Shown: piece after piece, positions 19,250-28,784 of the stretch | How the letters are laid out: every line of letters starts with the position of its first letter | How positions within the stretch are numbered: the first letter of the stretch is position 1 | Sequence record: SRR2962707_1499 | Reading direction: 5' to 3' (one strand) | Length of the DNA stretch: 60,452 nucleotides | Position numbers and translations under genes: made by a program | The notes under the pieces: generated by a model | Seen by the model: the letters and a program-made list of their open reading frames with translations, nothing else | The model's database searches: none | Told to the model about the DNA's origin: nothing

Positions 19250-20950
19250 TCAGTTTAGCTGCCAACGAAAACACGCACTGACAGAGCGTCCGCCATGAGA
19301 AAACTCCAGTTTTTCACATAACTGATTTAGCAGCGCCAAGCCTCGATTATAAGGCACGTCTGTATTGTCTAAATCAAACGCTACGCTCTGATAGTCAAAA
19401 CCAGGCCCACTGTCTGTGACTCTCAGTTCGAGCTCACCTGACGCAGAGTCAGAGGTCGCCTTTACTTGAATCGTCACTGAACCTTCTTCTAATGCACATA
19501 AAGCCTGCTCCCTCTCTTCATAATATGAAGCAAACCCCTCTAGGGTATTCTTCTTATCAGAAGACAGCCTTAACACACCATGTTCAAGAGCATTAGAATA
19601 CAGCTCAGACAAAATCATAAACACATGACTCGCGTATTGTTTTAACCCTGGCGCCGTGGTGATAATTTGAAGTATATAAGGAAGTGGATCCGTCGAACGC
19701 AAAGAGTCAGCGTTTAACCTGTATTCAAAAGAGAAATCTGCCGGAGCTTCTTGCTTATAAGACGGTTCACTAGCGTCCGCTGAATGCACGCCAATTTGGG
19801 GGGTGAGTGAAACTTCTAAACAAGAAATATCATCATGTGGACTCTCTAAAACACCCGCTTGCGCCATCCGATCAATGAGCCAACTCAAGCCGTTATGTGA
19901 CAAAACTTCACGGTTGTAAAGCGAAGCAACCATGGTTTCATAGAAGGAGGTTCCTTGCGCTGTCTTGGCTTCAAAAAGGCCATCGGAATAAACCAGCAAC
20001 GCATCGCCCGCTTGAAACGATACCGGATCAATAGCAAACTCAAAGTCAGCAGGAGACAGCACGCCTAACGGTAAATTCTTTGATATAAGTCTTTTAGGTT
20101 GTTGCTCAAACTGAGAGAAAAACAATAAATCAGGCAACCCACCATTCCAGATTTCCATGCTTTTGTCGTTGGCTTTAATATCAATAAAAGCCGCACTGCA
20201 AAACATATCTGGTGGCAAAATTCGCTTAAGACGTGCGTTTATTTCAGGCAATATTTGCCTCATCAAAAAGCCTTTTTTCGTCCAATCAAAGAATATATCC
20301 GCCAATGGCAAAGCACCAATAGCAGCAGACAACCCCTGACCTGTAAAGTCACCCAGTAATAAGTGCATCCCTCCATTAGGCTTATAAGCCGCCAATATGA
20401 CATCGCCGTTGAAGGTATGACTACCATAATGAAAAGTATGTAAAGCAGGGTCGCTTAAACAGTTCGAGTGGGTAATATTTTCGTAAACCACTTTCGCCAC
20501 TTCCTGCTCATACACCAACATTTCATTATATTGGGATAAAGCTTGGTTTTGCTTCGCCAGTGTTTTTTGCATGACTAAAATTCGTGTCATTGCGTCCAGT
20601 TTAGCCGCAATTATCGTTGAGCAATAAGGCTTAGAAATGTAGTCTGTGCCGCTTATTTTCAAGCAATCTAATAGCGACACCGAGTCACGATCGCCAGATA
20701 AAAACACAATCGGGACAAACACACCATTCGCAATGCGCTGTATTTCTAGGGCAACCGATCGACTATTGCAAAAAGAGGGCGTGACGCCTAAACAAACCAA
20801 TTGAATAAGCTCAGGATCAAATAAATCAATGGCTTCGCGACCATCATTCGCAACCACCACTGCATGACCAAGTTGCTCGAATATCGTTTTTAAAAGCACA
20901 CGATCTGGGGTCGCTTCATCCGCAATAAGAATGGTAATGTTTGCTTCCAT
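19250..20950 (-). CDS. HsbR-like partner-switch protein: degenerate receiver + PP2C/SpoIIE phosphatase + anti-sigma HATPase
   Basis: GDFTGQG, YSDGL, HDDIS (PP2C); ELYSNALEHG, DSGPGFD, RGL (HATPase); receiver has LVCLG in place of the Asp. Confidence 0.88.
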   Translation of the reverse strand: MEANITILIADEATPDRVLLKTIFEQLGHAVVVANDGREAIDLFDPELIQLVCLGVTPSFCNSRSVALEIQRIANGVFVPIVFLSGDRDSVSLLDCLKISGTDYISKPYCSTIIAAKLDAMTRILVMQKTLAKQNQALSQYNEMLVYEQEVAKVVYENITHSNCLSDPALHTFHYGSHTFNGDVILAAYKPNGGMHLLLGDFTGQGLSAAIGALPLADIFFDWTKKGFLMRQILPEINARLKRILPPDMFCSAAFIDIKANDKSMEIWNGGLPDLLFFSQFEQQPKRLISKNLPLGVLSPADFEFAIDPVSFQAGDALLVYSDGLFEAKTAQGTSFYETMVASLYNREVLSHNGLSWLIDRMAQAGVLESPHDDISCLEVSLTPQIGVHSADASEPSYKQEAPADFSFEYRLNADSLRSTDPLPYILQIITTAPGLKQYASHVFMILSELYSNALEHGVLRLSSDKKNTLEGFASYYEEREQALCALEEGSVTIQVKATSDSASGELELRVTDSGPGFDYQSVAFDLDNTDVPYNRGLALLNQLCEKLEFSHGGRSVSACFRWQLN

Positions 20951-20953
20951 AAA

Positions 20954-21256
20954 TTACTCGGACATCGTAAAAAGGCGGTTGAAATTAGCCATTTCTAACA
21001 CTTGGCTAACAACGGCGGAGCAATGACTGAGAAGCACTTTGGCCCCTCGTACATCGGCGTGTTTTTTAAGCAGCAGTAACATACCCAATGCCGAACTATC
21101 TAAGTAGCTAACATTCGATAAATCAACGGTGTACGTTTTAGCTTGAGGCGTTGACACAAAAGCATTGCGAAACACACGATGGCAATAAACATCAAAACGC
21201 CCATTCACTTTAATCATCAGATGCGCTGAACTTTCATCATAACGGTTTTCTATCAC
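20954..21256 (-). CDS. STAS anti-sigma antagonist (HsbA-like)
   Basis: VDLSNVSYLDSSALGMLL, ANFNRLF; GTG 21256 preceded by GGAGGG. Confidence 0.92.
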   Translation of the reverse strand: MIENRYDESSAHLMIKVNGRFDVYCHRVFRNAFVSTPQAKTYTVDLSNVSYLDSSALGMLLLLKKHADVRGAKVLLSHCSAVVSQVLEMANFNRLFTMSE

Positions 21257-21288
21257 AATCCCCTCCAAACACAAGAAGGAGAGCTTAG

Positions 21289-23202
21289 TTAAGACTCGTC
21301 CAACCCATCTGTATTTTCTATTAAAGCGATTATTTCTTTGTTACCGCTATCATCCAATCGAGTTACCTCGAGTAATAAATTGTCAATTCGGTCTTGTATT
21401 TCATTGACCGATTGTTTGGCACGCTCCAATCGAGCAGCGCCGATACTGTGATCCGACTCTAAAAGAGACAAGGTTAGGGAAACCCCTTCCTGCATGGCAA
21501 AAATCTGCTGCTGCACACTACTAATATCGTGTTCTAAATCAATGGAAAAACGCTGGCGAATTTGCTCAGAGCTGTCTTCTGTCGCCGATAAACTAGCGAG
21601 CACTCCAGCACGAACTTCATTCAAACAGCGGTCAACATCATTCAAGAGTAAGACCTGCCCTGCGACGTCTTTTTCTACCAAAACCAAACGCTGTAGCAGC
21701 AGTTCATAGCCAACTAAAATGGTGTCATCAATCTGATGAGACAAAGAAGAGACATTTCCTAACTCGCTAACAAGCGACTCTGATAAGGCGTTATTAACCG
21801 GCACAATCGACTTAATATGCTCACAATTGTCGTTTATTTTTGCCGTTAATAGCGTTTTTATTTGTTGTAGTTTAGTAATTTTAAAATCGAGTGAAGACTG
21901 CAATTCTGAGTGTTCTGCGGCGTTTATAAGATCAATAACAGAACGTCGTATTTCTTCCAATAGCAGTGAGAAATCTTGAAATGGGGAGTCGCTTCTAAGC
22001 ACGCGTATTGGGTAATGCCAAGTACCTTGAACCATGAGTTCTAAGCTTTTTCTTAACACTTCAATTTCCGCTAACTGTGAAAGAGGTGTCAGCGATACTA
22101 AGAAGGATACATCATCACTTTCCTGATCTATTAATCGCTCTACAACAACGGAGTAGCGCCCTTCTAACAAGCTCAATTTAATATCATGGTCGCCACTTAA
22201 AATGTTATCCGGTAAACGCTCGCCAAGCGGCCCATCTATGCCTGGGTCAATGTCAAACAGAGGCTCGAATACACTTGCGTTCTGCTCCCACAAATCACTA
22301 AACCCTTTGCTCAGCCACTTAACATCTCCCTTCTCATCTGCAATCAGAAAAGCGCTGGTTAAATGAGACATACCTAATGTCATTAATTTTTGATCCAAAA
22401 TAGACTCTGATAATTCGAGCTCGCGCGCGGACAATTCATTCTCAAACAGTCGGCCCAAATCCGTGAATTCATCAATGACGTTATAATTCTGATCCGATGC
22501 AAAGCTTCCTTGTTTATGCTTTTCAAGCACCACGTGCAAATGCTGAAAGCCTTTTCCTAATCGTTTCACCAAAGTGGTCGACAAAATAACAAGCAGTAAA
22601 GCAATACCACCAAAAACAACCAACAATCCCCACTCACCGTAATCAAACAAGGTCTTATTACGCGCGTTCAGTGCTAATTGCTGTTCAGCGAACTCCCTTC
22701 CTTGTTCCCCTGCTCGAGCGATAAAACGACGAATTTTCTCTTTTTCTTGAACAAATAAACGTCGACTCTTCGCCACTCGCGACGCCTGATGCTGCTCCGT
22801 AATTTTTTTAAGGAAAGACAACTCTGGCTTCACATCCAGAAAACGAGCATTGGCATTAACCTGCTGATAGCGGGATAACAGAAGGTCGATATGGGTATAA
22901 ACTTCGAGCAATTTCATTGGCAGCAGTTCGCTCTCTTTAACCTCTGAAAAAGAAACGTTAACCCCTGCTCTTTGGTCACTCAAAAGCCACTCAAACCAAT
23001 AACGCTCCGCGGTGTTTGTGTGGATCATTAATGTGGCCAAACCAGCCTGCTTCTCCGCTCGCTCACCGAACTCCAAATCAACAAACTTATACAGCCCGAC
23101 AGCGCCCACGACGAGCGCCAGCAAGAGGGCAAAAACCCCTTTCTGCACAGAACCAATCAACTCTTTTCGAGGCAAATTCAAAGAAGCATCTTGCTTAGTC
23201 AT
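21289..23202 (-). CDS. Membrane protein, probable highly degenerate chemoreceptor (2 TM, HAMP-, PAS-like, coiled coil)
   Basis: 637-aa open frame; hydrophobic segments at about aa 22-40 and 191-213; DEFTDLGRLFE (HAMP-like); AFLIADEKGDVKWLS (PAS-like); no canonical signalling tip. Confidence 0.55.
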   Translation of the reverse strand: MTKQDASLNLPRKELIGSVQKGVFALLLALVVGAVGLYKFVDLEFGERAEKQAGLATLMIHTNTAERYWFEWLLSDQRAGVNVSFSEVKESELLPMKLLEVYTHIDLLLSRYQQVNANARFLDVKPELSFLKKITEQHQASRVAKSRRLFVQEKEKIRRFIARAGEQGREFAEQQLALNARNKTLFDYGEWGLLVVFGGIALLLVILSTTLVKRLGKGFQHLHVVLEKHKQGSFASDQNYNVIDEFTDLGRLFENELSARELELSESILDQKLMTLGMSHLTSAFLIADEKGDVKWLSKGFSDLWEQNASVFEPLFDIDPGIDGPLGERLPDNILSGDHDIKLSLLEGRYSVVVERLIDQESDDVSFLVSLTPLSQLAEIEVLRKSLELMVQGTWHYPIRVLRSDSPFQDFSLLLEEIRRSVIDLINAAEHSELQSSLDFKITKLQQIKTLLTAKINDNCEHIKSIVPVNNALSESLVSELGNVSSLSHQIDDTILVGYELLLQRLVLVEKDVAGQVLLLNDVDRCLNEVRAGVLASLSATEDSSEQIRQRFSIDLEHDISSVQQQIFAMQEGVSLTLSLLESDHSIGAARLERAKQSVNEIQDRIDNLLLEVTRLDDSGNKEIIALIENTDGLDES

Positions 23203-25069
23203 AGTTACTCACACTTTCTAAAGAGTGTTGCGGCCAAAGGTAATGAATAAAATCCGATATCGTATTGGTATTTATCACAAAATTATTCTCGTATGCAGCA
23301 TTACATCCAAGTACGCACAAACCATCGCTGTCTGATAGCACGCTCAAATGACTCACATCCGCCATTGCCACCTCATCTGGTAGCCGAGCACACCAAGTAA
23401 AGAATGGCGCCTGAAAAGCCAAAGAACAGCCGTCGAGCAAAAGCACCATACGATTAACGACTTCGTTCTGACATAATACGATACGGTTAAAATATTCCAT
23501 ACCGTAAAGTAGCGCACTTTCACGCTTACCCTCTCCTGTCGAGAATGAGCCAAGAAGCGAATGAGAAGCAGCCGAGACAATATCCAGCACTAGGTTAGCC
23601 TCAATCCACAAGAGGCCGCCTTTTAGCGCAACTTGGTAATAGCCAGTTTTCTGTGCTGAGCGCTCGCCACCGGGCACCTCTTTAACCCCAGGTAAAAGGC
23701 ATTCAGCCAACCAGGGCTCAATGAAGCGTCTGGATTTTGCCGTTAGCCAAATGTTTTTTATCCGCTTTCCAGCTTGATAAGAAACAGCACAAACACCTTC
23801 TTCTTGATGCAAACTCTTGATAGCAACAGCCACATAACGACCATCTTGATTGATCACAAAGAGCTCAAGACTTGTGTCATTCAAACACTGAAAAACACCA
23901 TCTTCAATCAAAAAAAGGTCCGCATTAACGTGCAAACTCGCCCCAATCCCAGTCTCAAAGTAGCACTTCCAACCAGAATCGGTTCGCTGGAAACGCGTAT
24001 TTTGAAGTGCAAAACAGCCGACAAAGTCGGCCTGATCAAATGCCCAGCACTGCTCACCAACATCAACCACATAGAGCCAAGAAGAGAGCAGATCACGCCC
24101 TAAACAGACCTTGTTACTAGCAAGATCAACTTTCGATTCAGCCACACTGGTAGCATCACTATCGGAGTCGATTTGCAAATAATGATAGCCTGCAATTCGA
24201 ACAGGACGAGCCAACTGCCCAGCAGTCACAGCAATCGGTAGCATAGACAAAGAGCGAGGCACTAAACGCTCGCCATTCACCAGCTTGCCGCCACGCTCTA
24301 TCGATGAGAAATAGTCAGAAAATTCAACATAATAATGTGTTCTTATCGATTCAGAAATCGACGCTAGCAAAGCACGACGCTGGCGCTGAGGAAGCGCCTC
24401 AGATAAAAAAGTCGCACCATAGCTGGATAGCAAAAACGCAGCCTTTGGCTCGTTCTCGTCCGTTGCCGAGTAACGCCAAGTAAAGTTAGCAAAGCGCGCG
24501 CTTAGCCAATCCAAAGGCTGTACAGTACACAGATGAAAATACCCCGTTCCCACACTATCCAAGTCTTCATCAAGATGAAAAGACACCTTGCCAATAGCGG
24601 ACAAACAAGCCATTGCGCCTGTGATATCCAGTGGACTTGAAACACTTGGACGCCCCTCATACAAATAGCAAGGAAGCGTACGAACCAAGGATTTTTTTTG
24701 TTCCAATAAGCGCCAACAAAAACGCTCTTCAGTAAACAAAGAAAGCGTTAATCCTACATAAGCCTCTCCAAGAGCCCAAGCCAAAGTGTATTGCTCAAGG
24801 CTGTCCGCCATTTCATATAACGCCATGGCTAACTTACTATCGTATATAGGTTGCTTGCTAATAACATTGTCGACACTGAGCAGGCCAAGTCGTGTCCGTT
24901 CACAGACAATATCAGGGGCATGATTGGCGACTAAACAGTGAGATAAATCTGATAACGCACACTTGATATTGATCAAGCCAGACTTAGGGGAAGGTGGGTA
25001 GGCATCAATTGCCTCAGCCAACGCGGAGATAACAGAAGAGTAAGTGCTAACAACAATATCCTTTGGCAC
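23195..25069 (-). CDS. Probable highly degenerate CheA-CheW fusion (pseudokinase)
   Basis: 624-aa open frame with GAGG RBS; by-eye similarity to P1, P2, P5 and CheW segments; no His or ATP-box motifs. Confidence 0.5.
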   Translation of the reverse strand: MPKDIVVSTYSSVISALAEAIDAYPPSPKSGLINIKCALSDLSHCLVANHAPDIVCERTRLGLLSVDNVISKQPIYDSKLAMALYEMADSLEQYTLAWALGEAYVGLTLSLFTEERFCWRLLEQKKSLVRTLPCYLYEGRPSVSSPLDITGAMACLSAIGKVSFHLDEDLDSVGTGYFHLCTVQPLDWLSARFANFTWRYSATDENEPKAAFLLSSYGATFLSEALPQRQRRALLASISESIRTHYYVEFSDYFSSIERGGKLVNGERLVPRSLSMLPIAVTAGQLARPVRIAGYHYLQIDSDSDATSVAESKVDLASNKVCLGRDLLSSWLYVVDVGEQCWAFDQADFVGCFALQNTRFQRTDSGWKCYFETGIGASLHVNADLFLIEDGVFQCLNDTSLELFVINQDGRYVAVAIKSLHQEEGVCAVSYQAGKRIKNIWLTAKSRRFIEPWLAECLLPGVKEVPGGERSAQKTGYYQVALKGGLLWIEANLVLDIVSAASHSLLGSFSTGEGKRESALLYGMEYFNRIVLCQNEVVNRMVLLLDGCSLAFQAPFFTWCARLPDEVAMADVSHLSVLSDSDGLCVLGCNAAYENNFVINTNTISDFIHYLWPQHSLESVSNYD

Positions 25070-25130
25070 CTAATATCACCTCAATTCGATGAGCGACGCC
25101 ATCCAAAGTTGATCACTTAAAAAAGGATGA

Positions 25131-25571
25131 CTAACGTATATTATCCATAAAACGACGCATGGCAAATTCATCGTTCTGGCGCTGTTCTTTCTTATCTTCT
25201 AACTGCAGCTCTTGTTTATGATGTTTTTCTTTTAGCCAATCCATGCTTTTTGTTTTGGTTTTCGCTTCCATCCAGCCACGCATGGTCATATTCGCTTGCT
25301 GTTGAGAACGCCCTACCGCAGCTTCCTGTTGTTTGATGGCTTGTTGAACACGATCCACAAAGTGTTGATAGTTCGTGGTGAGATAAGCACTGAGGCCCAA
25401 TAAATTACGCTCGGATTCATATTGCCCCGCGTATTCTTTCAACTCTTCCAGTTTATCCTGATCATGCTGTACCTTGGCTTTATCGGCCGCCAACTGCCGA
25501 GCAATAGCGTCTTCTTTGCGTTTAGCGATATCGACTAATAATTGAGCTCGTTGGGATTTTTTCATAACCAT
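25131..25571 (-). CDS. fliJ: Flagellar export chaperone FliJ
   Basis: Helical, NYQHFV..., EQRQNDE; follows fliI. Confidence 0.92.
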   Translation of the reverse strand: MVMKKSQRAQLLVDIAKRKEDAIARQLAADKAKVQHDQDKLEELKEYAGQYESERNLLGLSAYLTTNYQHFVDRVQQAIKQQEAAVGRSQQQANMTMRGWMEAKTKTKSMDWLKEKHHKQELQLEDKKEQRQNDEFAMRRFMDNIR

Positions 25572-25619
25572 TCTCTAATGCGAACTAATTGAATACTAGA
25601 CGCTTTTCCACACAAAGGT

Positions 25620-26960
25620 CTACTCTCCTTTTGTCATCGCCTGCACCAGCGCCTCTAAACTGCCATCGATGGTAAAACTTTCTCCAAGCCCTTGCTGAAG
25701 AAACTCACGGATATCTGGCATACGCATGATCGCTTGATCTAGGTCTGGGTCGCTGCCTCGAGAATAGGCACCAATAGCAATAAGATCTTGATTTTGCTGG
25801 TATTTCGAATACAGCTGCTTCACTCGCATGGCACCTTGTAGATGCGCCTCGCTGACAATATTAGGCATAGCTCGGGAAATAGACGCCTCGATATCAATCG
25901 CTGGATAATGGCCTTCTTCAGCCAAACGGCGCGACAACACAATATGACCATCCAAGATGGCGCGTGACGCGTCAGCAATAGGGTCTTGTTGGTCATCGCC
26001 TTCCGTCAAAACAGTATAGAAAGCAGTAATAGAGCCACTGCCACTACGGCCATTTCCGGCACGCTCGACCAATTGAGGGAGTTTGGAGAAAACCGAAGGT
26101 GGGTAACCCTTAGTCGCTGGCGGTTCACCAACCGATAAGGCGATTTCACGTTGCGCTTGGGCATAACGCGTCAGAGAATCCATTAGTAGCAGAACACTTT
26201 TCCCTTGGTCTCGATAATATTCTGCAATCCGTGTCGCCAACATGGCTGCCCGCAACCGCATTAAGGCCGAATCATCTGCAGGAGACGCAACCACCACAGA
26301 ACGAGCAAGCCCTTCTTCCCCTAGCGTTTGCTCGATGAACTCTTTCACCTCACGGCCACGCTCACCGATTAAACCAACAATGGTGACCTCAGCTTCGGTA
26401 AAGCGCGTCATCATGCCGAGCAACATACTCTTACCGACACCACTACCAGCAAACAAACCAATTCGCTGGCCTTTGCCCACCGTTAGAAGACTATTAATGG
26501 ATTTAATACCCACATCAAGTGGCTCATGAATAGGTTGACGCTGGAGCGGGTTAATCGTGTCACACTGCAAGCTAACAGAATCTTTGGTTCGGATCGGACC
26601 TTTGCCATCCAATGGCTTGCCCACGCCGTTCACGACTCGACCAAGCAGCTCATCGCCTACCGGCATTTTGCTTTCTTCGACAAGCGGCCGCACTCGCGCA
26701 CCAGGAGAAATACCATCAATCGCTTCAGTAGGCATTAAATAGGTTAGGTTTCCTGTGAAGCCAACCACTTCAGATTCCACCCAACGATTATTTCGCACTT
26801 GCACCAAGCAGCGATCGCCTAAGGCAACCACACAGCCAACCGCTTCCATGGTTAAGCCCACCATACGAGTGACTTTACCTTCTAATTGGGGAGGAATTGG
26901 TGCCGCTGACACATTTTTTAACTTCTGTAAGCGCTCTGCTAATGTCGACACTGGCGCCAC
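25620..26960 (-). CDS. fliI: Flagellar export ATPase FliI
   Basis: [33 protein letters not shown]. Confidence 0.98.
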   Translation of the reverse strand: MAPVSTLAERLQKLKNVSAAPIPPQLEGKVTRMVGLTMEAVGCVVALGDRCLVQVRNNRWVESEVVGFTGNLTYLMPTEAIDGISPGARVRPLVEESKMPVGDELLGRVVNGVGKPLDGKGPIRTKDSVSLQCDTINPLQRQPIHEPLDVGIKSINSLLTVGKGQRIGLFAGSGVGKSMLLGMMTRFTEAEVTIVGLIGERGREVKEFIEQTLGEEGLARSVVVASPADDSALMRLRAAMLATRIAEYYRDQGKSVLLLMDSLTRYAQAQREIALSVGEPPATKGYPPSVFSKLPQLVERAGNGRSGSGSITAFYTVLTEGDDQQDPIADASRAILDGHIVLSRRLAEEGHYPAIDIEASISRAMPNIVSEAHLQGAMRVKQLYSKYQQNQDLIAIGAYSRGSDPDLDQAIMRMPDIREFLQQGLGESFTIDGSLEALVQAMTKGE

Positions 26961-26962
26961 CT

Positions 26963-27766
26963 TTATTCTTCAGGAGTAGATAGATGACGCAGCTCGTTAC
27001 ACACCGTCTCTAAGCGTTGTTCAACTCGACCATCCACATGAAATGATTTTGAATCCAACAAAAAGCCGCCTTCAATCAAACTTTCATCTTCATCCACTTG
27101 TAAGGTCAAACGGTCACGTACTGCCAACGCTTCTAGTACCGAGATATCATTGGGGTGCAGGCGTAATCTAATGCGCCCTTCATACTCACCAATCTCTTCA
27201 AATATGCGAGATAGCTGAGCTTTTAAAACCATATGGGCTTCTTCTTTCATTTGCGAAAGACAGACATTTTCAATCAGTCGAGTCATGGTTTGGTACAGTA
27301 TGGCTTCTGCTGCAGCACGACTTTCTTCCAGTGGCATTGTGATTTCACGAACCACATCGGCCAATAACTTTTCAACACTTTCCAGCTGGCTTTGAGCAAT
27401 TTCTTTAGCGGCGGCTTCACCTTCTTCGCGACCTTGAATAAGACCTTCTGCATGGCCCTTTTCAAATCCTTCTGGCTCACCTTTTGCCAAACCATCTTCA
27501 TAACCTTTGGCGTGGCCGTCACCCTCCCCCTGAATAAAGCCTTCGTCATAGGCAGCAGATCGAATTTCTTCAAGTTGAGACGCGGTTAATGGCTCATAAA
27601 CCAAACTGTCTTGATCCACTTCTTCTGTGGTAATCGAGGTATCTTTTTGAATGAGAATGGCAGGACCTGTGTCTTCAGTTACCTTATTATTCTCAAGATT
27701 AGGCAACTCCCAGCGCTCATAGGCCGTTAATTTGCGTTCGATTTTTTTCTCGTCTTCTTCTGACAT
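26963..27766 (-). CDS. fliH: Flagellar assembly protein FliH
   Basis: YERWELP, GxxxG repeats, LHPND. Confidence 0.93.
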   Translation of the reverse strand: MSEEDEKKIERKLTAYERWELPNLENNKVTEDTGPAILIQKDTSITTEEVDQDSLVYEPLTASQLEEIRSAAYDEGFIQGEGDGHAKGYEDGLAKGEPEGFEKGHAEGLIQGREEGEAAAKEIAQSQLESVEKLLADVVREITMPLEESRAAAEAILYQTMTRLIENVCLSQMKEEAHMVLKAQLSRIFEEIGEYEGRIRLRLHPNDISVLEALAVRDRLTLQVDEDESLIEGGFLLDSKSFHVDGRVEQRLETVCNELRHLSTPEE

Positions 27767-27773
27767 TCTTTAT

Positions 27774-28784
27774 TTAAACCATCTGCTCACCGCCACCACC
27801 AAGAACGATTTCTCCGTTATCGGCAAGGCGTCTGGCAACCGCCAGAATTTCTTTTTGAGCAACTTCCACTTCACTGACACGAACAGGACCTTTTGCTTCA
27901 AGGTCGTCTTTGAGCATGTCCGCGGCACGAGAAGACATATTTTTAAACACTTTTTCTTGCATATCAGGGTCCGCGCCTTTCAAGGCCAAAATCAAGGTTT
28001 CGGACTCTACTTCACGTAATATCACCTGAATACCGCGATCATCAACATCCATCAGGTTATCAAAGACAAACATCAAGTCTTGAATGGTGTTTGCCAAATC
28101 TTCATCAACGTCCCGAATAGAATCCATCAACTCGGACTCCACCGAACTGTCGATAAAGTTCATAATGTTGGCCGCGGTACGAATACCACCAATGGATGTA
28201 GATTGCGTTGACTGATTGCCAGAAAATTGTCTTTCTAGAATATCATTCAGCTCTTGCAAAGCAGCAGGCTGAACGGTATCCAGCGACGCCACACGCAACA
28301 CAATGTCTAACCGCACTCGTTCATCGAAGTTAGCCAAAATATCGGCTGCCTGATCCGGATCAAGGTAGGAAATAACAATCGCTTGAATCTGCGGGTGCTC
28401 ATAACGGATAACATCGGCTACCGCCCTTGGCTCCATCCACTTCAAGGTATCCAAACCTGTGGTGTTGCCGCCTAACAAGATGCGATCGATCAAACTACTG
28501 GCTTTTTCATCGCCCAACGCTTCTTTCAACATGTTGCGAATATAGCCGTCAGCCCCTAACCCCAAACCGGTTTGATCGCCAACCAGAACCAAAAAGTCAT
28601 CCAGTACTTTTTCAACCTGATGACGCTGCACGTTGGAAAGCTGAGCCATGGTTTGACCAATGCGCTGTACTTCTTTTGGCCCCATGTGCTTAAGAATTTG
28701 CGCAGCATCTGATTCGCCAAGCGACATCAATAATACGGCGGCTTTCTCAAGTGAGCTTAAATCATTTTGACCAATATCACTCAT
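27774..28784 (-). CDS. fliG: Rotor protein FliG
   Basis: EHPQIQA, MFVFDNL, NMSSRAA. Confidence 0.98.
   Translation of the reverse strand: MSDIGQNDLSSLEKAAVLLMSLGESDAAQILKHMGPKEVQRIGQTMAQLSNVQRHQVEKVLDDFLVLVGDQTGLGLGADGYIRNMLKEALGDEKASSLIDRILLGGNTTGLDTLKWMEPRAVADVIRYEHPQIQAIVISYLDPDQAADILANFDERVRLDIVLRVASLDTVQPAALQELNDILERQFSGNQSTQSTSIGGIRTAANIMNFIDSSVESELMDSIRDVDEDLANTIQDLMFVFDNLMDVDDRGIQVILREVESETLILALKGADPDMQEKVFKNMSSRAADMLKDDLEAKGPVRVSEVEVAQKEILAVARRLADNGEIVLGGGGEQMV

Noticed and set aside
25070-25130. Sigma28 promoter for the four-gene insert
   Set aside because: TAAG-N15 is followed by GGCGTCGC, a poor match to GCCGATAA
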